Assembly: GCF_003704095.1 (NCBI RefSeq)
Contig: NW_020845410.1
Location: 1,240,001 to 1,304,000 of the forward strand
DNA from: Pocillopora damicornis
Lineage: Eukaryota
Reading direction: 5' to 3'
Length of the DNA: 64,000 nucleotides
The notes below the pieces were generated by a model that made no database searches, was not told the origin of the DNA, and worked only from the letters and a program-made list of their open reading frames with translations. A program made the translations under genes and the position numbers. Shown piece by piece: positions 57,158-64,000 of this stretch; position 1 is the stretch's first letter; every line of letters starts with the position of its first letter.

Positions 57158-60100
57158 ATGCGTGTTAAGAAACCGAAGCGACCAACAACACCTCCTTCGG
57201 AAGATGAAGTCGATGACAATTTTGTTGTGGATCCAGATCAAATTTTCGATGAATTGCCTCAACCATTCCGACTTGTTGACAAAACTTTGAGGCAAATTTT
57301 CGACGCTGCTTGGGAGCGTATTGAATGCATTGAAGAACGAAAGGCATTGAAGCGCTCCAAAGCGGTATTGCCACTGTTTGACCTTGCAAAACAGCTGTCT
57401 GAGTACAACGGGACGACTTGCATTTGCACGGCCGCCGAAGGAAATTACTTGTTTATTTCTAATACTAATAGATTTTTAGTGGTAGACAGTTTGTTAGACA
57501 CTATAGTTGCTTCCTACGAAGAATTAGAAGATAACACTGTACAAATGTCAGCCTGCTGCCTACAGGAAGGATGTTTTCTGATTTCAACCTTGGATGATGT
57601 AGGTATGAAGCTTCTGTTACCTTGCATGTGCATGTACAGTGTCCTTAATCATGATAAGCTTGAAAATGGTTTTTTTTTTCAGATGAAACGCATACTATAA
57701 GAAAAGTTCAAATATACATATATAATAACTGTAATATCCTAAAAAACAGAAGAGAGTCGTGTCGTTTAATCCTTCTTTCAACTTAGTTACTTTTCATAAA
57801 ATAGTGAGCTTTTAGTGCGGTTTAGTCAAATGTATTGACTTCATTCCATATACTTAGGATGTGCCAAGCTCTTCTGTTTCACTGGAGATAAGGTTCATCT
57901 CATAAGAACATTCAATGAGCCGGTATGTGACTGTGTATTGTTCAGTGCTCTCCTTTTCATGCAGTAACCGATAACATTTACCACCTGTAGTACCTCTTAT
58001 TACCGTTTAAAATTGCTTGGAATTCTTGAAAATTCATCTTGTAAAAGGATTGCTTTACTGGTTTGAAAATTTATTTTACCTGTCATGCTTAAAATAAGGG
58101 AGAACGCTGTTGTAGCCAACTAGATTCTTCATCATAATGACATTAATTACTCTTTGAATTTTATAGTTGAACAGTTACACTTCAATTTACTACTAAATGA
58201 CAAGTGAAAACTAAAAACCACAATCACGAAAAATAAAAACTTTCAAAATGCCAGTAGATTCAGTAGTATTTCTGCTTTTCAATAGGTGAACAAATAATTT
58301 TGAGTTCTTAGTAAGGTAATGACTTTGTATTATAAATTACTTTTATGTCAATCCTCTTTAGGAAGGTATAAGCAAGCAGGCCATGGTAACCCTTGTTGAC
58401 ATAAGTCAAGATGGGGGATACATTGGAGTTGGGTGGAAAGGTAACTCAACAAAAAATGATAAAAATTCAGTTAAAACTAGGAAAAGACCTTATTGAGGGG
58501 TTTTTATAATTAAAGAGAAGCTTTGAAAAATTGTAAGTGGCAATTTCTCATCATGGGACATGTTCTTTCTTAGGATCCCTTGAACATTTTTGAAATATGC
58601 TAACATGTGCTGAAAAAACTGTAATTTAACCCAAACATTGAGGTCATTTTTGTCTTGGCAGAGCTACAGAATGAAAAAATATTGAAAGAGTTTGCAATAG
58701 TGTGGTGTTTGACTGAGAACTTACATGTACATAAAATTATTATGTTTCTTCATGTTCATTTATGGTGCAGTTCCAATGAAAGAGAGTTGGGTGGAAATCT
58801 ATAAAATTCCCAGAGAGACATGGATCAAGGAATTGGAAACAGCCATGGCAGCTGCAGTTCGCTCAAGGAAACCAACATTAGCAGAATCATCCGCACCAGT
58901 GAGTCTTAAGGATGTTTTCTTGAAAAAATTTTTTCCTTCTCATGCTCATGTGAAGCAAATTTCAGCTGGACATTGAAAGTAATATTTTTAGTGCATGGTG
59001 ACACTTTTGCTTCTCCTTACTTTGTGATAATTATTATGATTTCTTGCAAAACAATCATTAACTATCTGGCAGAGAGTTGTGGTTTAAATATGCCAGAAGA
59101 GGGTGCATAATGTGGCCATTTCAAAGAATGCATTAGTTCTTGAACAGTACTTCAAATAATGTAGTCTTAAGCACCCTTTCTTCCTGAGGAAATCTCCAAC
59201 TCTCAGTTCTGACTCTGTTAGATACATATACATGTATGTTTAAGAATCCTGTTGCTGCTAAAATTATGAATTACCCAGGGGAGTATGCTATTCATGGCCC
59301 TGATTATTTTCATTTCAGGATTTGGAGGAAATTGCTGCAGCAGAACAGCTCCTTAAATCCACTGAGGATCAAGAGCCACCTGAAGGAACGGTTAGTGTAC
59401 ATTTGATATGAGACTGCTCATCTTAAAGTTTTTTCAGTACAGTCCATGCACTCTGCTAAATTTAGTGAGCAATTACCTACACTGTATTTGTTGTCAATAG
59501 AACCCTCTCTATACAGTTGGTTCTTTACGGTAGAAACAAGGATTGACATGCATCTTTCCAGGTTTTTGTTACTAACCTCTTTACTCTGATAGTCACCTTC
59601 AGGGTCAAGACCAAGCTCAGCTCAGGCAGGACAGCATCAACCTGGCCTGTCAGTTATCTCCTTCACCAAACCAGCAGCTGTATTACGAGTGCGACCCCCT
59701 GCTCCAGTGGGCCCTTGTGCAGCCACTAACTGTTCAGCAGCCTTGAAAGCTACTGATGCAGAGGGTAATGTCATTGGTACTGGTTCAAGCCATGTGCTAA
59801 TGACGCAGTTTTTTGAGAATTATGACAAAGCATTCCAGCAGCTTCACAAGGAGGAGTTGAAATATCTGAACATTGATGACCAGGATTTGACAAGGTCTGA
59901 AATTTTTAATTAATTTAGTTATGAATAGTTCTTTATTAATTTCTGCATTGTTTGTTTGTTTTTTTTCTGTGTCAAATGTGAACCATGATATTTCAGTTGA
60001 GCTAATACATGTAATAATGTTATGAGTAACATGTCCTCCCTCAGATAGTTGCCCCTTTGGCCTAAGTAATCATGAAAACTATGTAAGTTTGAAATTTGTA

Positions 60101-63100
60101 TATAGATAGTTCATGCATTAGGACACCATGATGTTACAAAGTATGATGTCAATCAAACTCAATCACAGCAGATGAATGGAGCTGTCTATATCATATATTT
60201 TAACTAGGAACTGTCAGCCATTTATTCATCTCAGTACTTGTTTTGCCATTGAAGGAGTCAAACTTGGGTGTGGTTGCTGTAATTGTTACAATTAAAAAAG
60301 ATGTTTTTATATTGATTGCAGCTTCCCAAGATTACACTTCTTGGCACCTAGCAGGTTAATTCCTTCAGGATTGGAGTCTACACCTAGTAAGCCAATGATG
60401 TGTTTGTATTGATGAACATACCTTGCTTAAGAGTCTCCAATGTTTTTTAGATCATTAAGATCATAGCAAAGTACACTGAAATTATTTAGTTTATGCTCAT
60501 TGTCTTTTTTGAAGGTAAAGTTAACTCCTTAGCAGTGTGGTGGTCAGGAGGTACTCAGTTATATATGTATTCACTTGTCAAGAATGCTAAAGGTAAGGGT
60601 CTTATTGTTGCAGCCTTTTTTAAGTCAAATCTTCAGTGTAGCTGACATTCCTTGAATGTAAAGCACTATCCAGGTTACAGTGGCTTTATAATGGTTGCCA
60701 ATACACACTCTATTGTATTTACAGATATCTTAATGTGGGAAAACTCAAAAGCTTGTGAGAAAATGCAATGAGAAAAGTAGCCTACAGCATTTATATTGTT
60801 TCTGCAGTGCAGATATTGGAAGTTTTCATTCTTAAGATATGTTAAATGAGTTTAAATGTTAAAGCAAGTTTGTTGTCTTCCCAAGATCTTGAACACAAGC
60901 CAGACATAGTATGGCCTCACTCAGAAAAGATTATCATTAGTGCAGTCAGTGAATGTGGCTGCTTTATGGCTTTGGGTCTCAACACAGGAACTGTTGTTGT
61001 TTGGGATGTCTATAGAGGTGAGAAAAAAGGCATACTACTGCCAGTGAAGTAGTGCTGATAATAGAGAGATTTTTGCAAATTACATAACGTCAGATTTTCA
61101 TTTGTTCGTTCTGCAATAGCAGACTACTGAAACAGAAGCATCCTTTAAATTTTAAGACAACATGAATCCAGTCATCCAAGATCTTAGGTCGCTGGCTATT
61201 CACCATTACTTGGTTATTCAAAGGGGAAACCATGGTATCCCCTGGATAAATCTCTGTCCAATGGAGAGTGTAGTGGATTGTTCGTTTTGTTAAAACGTAT
61301 CCGCTGGATAGCAATTTATCCTTTGGATAGCGTTATCCGCCCTTTGACTCACTGGGCCAATTGCTTATGTAACCGGCATTTTAGGAAAGTTTGTAGTGGC
61401 TTACAAAACGTTTACATCACACTTCAGAGGTTTGGAATGCTATGGAATGTCAACAGTGTCCATTTTGTTTGTGCTGTAGGCACTCTTTTGAGGGTCTGTC
61501 CCATCACTGAGAAAGGAAGAATACTTGTCCTGTGCTTTTTGACAAGCAATGAAGGCCTCATCACAACGCAGGGTAATGATTTATCGCCATCATCAGCATC
61601 ATCTTGTGCCAATCTCATTGTAAGCTGTGATGATGGGACATTCTGTCTCCTGCAATGTGGAGTTGCTCTGTCACACTCAGCTAAACCCCTCGAGGACAGG
61701 TACGTTCACAAGATTTTATTTTCAAACACGTTTCTACGAAACGCATTTTACTGCCAAAATTATCTGAATAGTCATTGTGTAGGTCACGAATAGTCATGAA
61801 ATTTTGTAAGCTCATTAAAAAATAACAAAACTTGATAATGGAATTTGGGACATAATGGATATGTAATTGAAGATGTTTCAGCTGCATGAACGAATCAGAC
61901 GTACATAGTGTAAGTTCAAGAATTGAGTTTAGATATTTCTTTCATTAACTGAACCAAATGGATGAAAACAGGATTTGCTTGCCGTCTTCTTTCAGATCTG
62001 CAGTAGACAAGGAGGTCATTACCAATGTTGTCAATATGTCTCAGACACCACAAGTGGTAAGGAAACAACTCAAACGTAGTGGTTTTTTAAGGTTGTAGGT
62101 GACGTTTCTCCTTTGTGCGGTGACGCCCCAAGTTCCGTCAACCCAGGTGAAGTTCCATCGCCTCGAAGTATGGTTGCGTCGCCGTCAACTTTTTCTTTAG
62201 TTTCATTAAGGATTTAGACATATTTTGACATAAGTTTCAAAGCTTTGAGGTTCAACGGCCTGATTATCAAAACCTTCAATCAACGGTCGTGTCCAAAAAG
62301 CTAACAATATGAAGTCGCTCTAAGTTAGGAACTTAGCAATTGCAACATTGCGACCGTTGACCACACTTCGGGGCTACGTAACTTCTCTCGGGGGCGAAGG
62401 GACTTGGAGCGACCGTGTAAGGGAGCGACATTACCTGTTACCGTATTCACAGTGCTTAGGATGGTTGGGTCTTTTGGTGATGCAGCTCGAAACAGTCATG
62501 TTTCACGGAACGCTTTTTTTTTTAGGTTGCTGCTGTTGTAATGAGTGGACGAATTACTATGTACGATGTTTGTAGCTGTACAGCAATATGTCATGTTGGG
62601 CTGCCCGAGTCTTATCTGCTCTCACCACAGCTGCCATGTATCTGTGCTAACGGCAAGGTCTTAATTTTGATTGGTGCGCAAAGTAATGGAGAGAATCAAG
62701 AAGCGTTGAACAGAGAGGTGAGTGTATGATCCAAAACAGTCACATGATCGGCTGTACCTTGTGTGCTCACTTTCTGTCCTTACCACATTTTGACGTCATG
62801 GGACCTATTAGTGAAGAGATACAGGACAACATAGATAGAATCTCCTTGTTAAACATGCACTGGGCAATTATCGAACGTTCTTGTCTGACTGTGCCTCCAA
62901 ATTGATGATGCTGTCACAGTCCAAAAAAACATTGCCTAGCACCTTTTAATGATGAATATTATTCACTCATTTCACTGTCAGCCGAATTAAAACTCTAAAT
63001 CGTAATGTTTACAGAAACCTTACCTGAAGGTTGAAATCTTTGTTTTTTCGCCAGTCAAACTGTCATGACGCTGAAGAGCAACATTTTTTGTTCGTTTTTC

Positions 63101-63936
63101 AGACAACAGTGCCGTTTTCTTACAATCTGCAACTCTTCCCTACCCTGAAAAAATACTGGAGAGAAGATGTAACCTCTGAGGTGTCGCCTCCAAAGCAAAC
63201 TGATACTATCGAAGCAAGGCTACATTCTCTCATCCAGGGAAGGTGTGTTACCTTTAGTTCTACTCAGGAGAAACGATGATACATTTGATAAACGTAATTT
63301 TTGGAGTCCTCATTAATTTGAATTAATAGTTACGGTGATCATCTCAGCACAGGACTTGCTGACTGATTGTCGTGAAAGCCAAGAAGTACTTCAAGGAGGC
63401 AATGAGAACGCAGAGTAAAAACACAATTGGTTTTGGATTTTGCTCTATTTTGGCTAAGAAATGTTTTGAGCTAATCAGGGAGCGTGGTTAACCATATAGG
63501 CAAATGTTATTACAAAGTATTTCAAAGCCTGTTATTTCTCTTCTTTGCGCGCAAGCGCAGAAAATTTTGCAGCCATCATTCCAGAATAAATTCCAGTTAA
63601 TTTCATATTTTATGAAAATAAATAGGAGTGAAATAAACACAACTGTTAGGCATATACTATCCTGAGGGAAGCTCTTGCAAAACATTGTGCCTTACCCGAA
63701 AATGTCAGTGCGCTAAATGGAATCCCTTTCAGTTTTATTCGTCATCAGAGTTAAAAGTTTTTAGCTTAAATATTTCCTCTCTCCTCTCATGAAGACTTGT
63801 TAGCCAAGAAGACAGGCAGATGAGACTTCAACAGCGATGGGCTCAGTATCAAACTGAGCTGAAGAATATCCACAACAACAAGACGAGGAGAAATTACTCC
63901 ACATGGCTGACGGCAAAATCTGTGAGTGTTACATGA
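57158..63936 (+). CDS. WDR93: WD repeat-containing protein 93, ~706 aa. Exons 57158-57602, 57858-57922, 58362-58440, 58771-58898, 59319-59390, 59593-59894, 60322-60386, 60515-60592, 60886-61017, 61480-61699, 61996-62056, 62526-62717, 63103-63242, 63795-63936; the last exon could instead splice at 63921.
   Basis: DPDQIFDELPQPFRLVDK, WVEIYKIPRETWIKELE, LAVWWSG..QLYMYSL, PDIVWP..I..SAVS match WDR93 as I recall it; the frame is intact across GT-AG introns. Confidence 0.85.
61200..61360. mobile_element. Degenerate MITE with TATCC..TGGATA subrepeats in a WDR93 intron
   Basis: Repeated tatccnntggata units; terminal ggttattcaaagg / cctttgactcactgggcc similarity. Confidence 0.55.
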
Positions 63937-63980
63937 GGACATCACGTGAGGACATTACATGAGGACATTACATGAGGACG
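63931..63980. repeat. 13-bp minisatellite ACATGAGGACATT, about 4 copies, overlapping the WDR93 stop codon
   Basis: acatgaggacatc acgtgaggacatt acatgaggacatt acatgaggacg. Confidence 0.85.
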
Positions 63981-64000
63981 TTATCAGGGGGAATAGATAG

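Overview
This is intron-rich, AT-rich animal genomic DNA. It is most likely an anthozoan cnidarian (stony-coral-like); this is inferred from gene content and repeat families and is not proven. Manual splicing supports 10 protein-coding genes: a WASP/N-WASP homolog (minus, WH1 exons, runs off the left edge, not recovered by the ORF track); an intronless class A GPCR; a COUP-TF/NR2F-like nuclear receptor; two head-to-head synaptotagmin-like genes with degenerate Ca2+ sites; an intronless uncharacterised protein with a glycine-zipper-like C-terminal hairpin; DTWD2 head-to-head with a 38-exon DMXL/Rabconnectin-3alpha; and PEX11 head-to-head with WDR93. Highlights: (i) two head-to-head pairs that match human neighbour pairs as I recall them (DTWD2-DMXL1, PEX11A-WDR93); (ii) a clear U12 minor-spliceosome intron in DMXL; (iii) a fold-back element with a 17-bp target-site duplication and a degenerate hammerhead core; (iv) two intronic tandem duplications of exon ends with their splice donors; (v) four FDWS[KQ]P repeats in DMXL. 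Introns contain MITEs, tRNA-derived SINEs, a LINE 3' remnant and microsatellites. There is no CRISPR array, rRNA gene or intact tRNA gene. I found no unambiguous new multi-gene system; the best candidates for new biology are the orphan membrane protein and the synaptotagmin pair. All coordinates were derived by hand and no searches were run.
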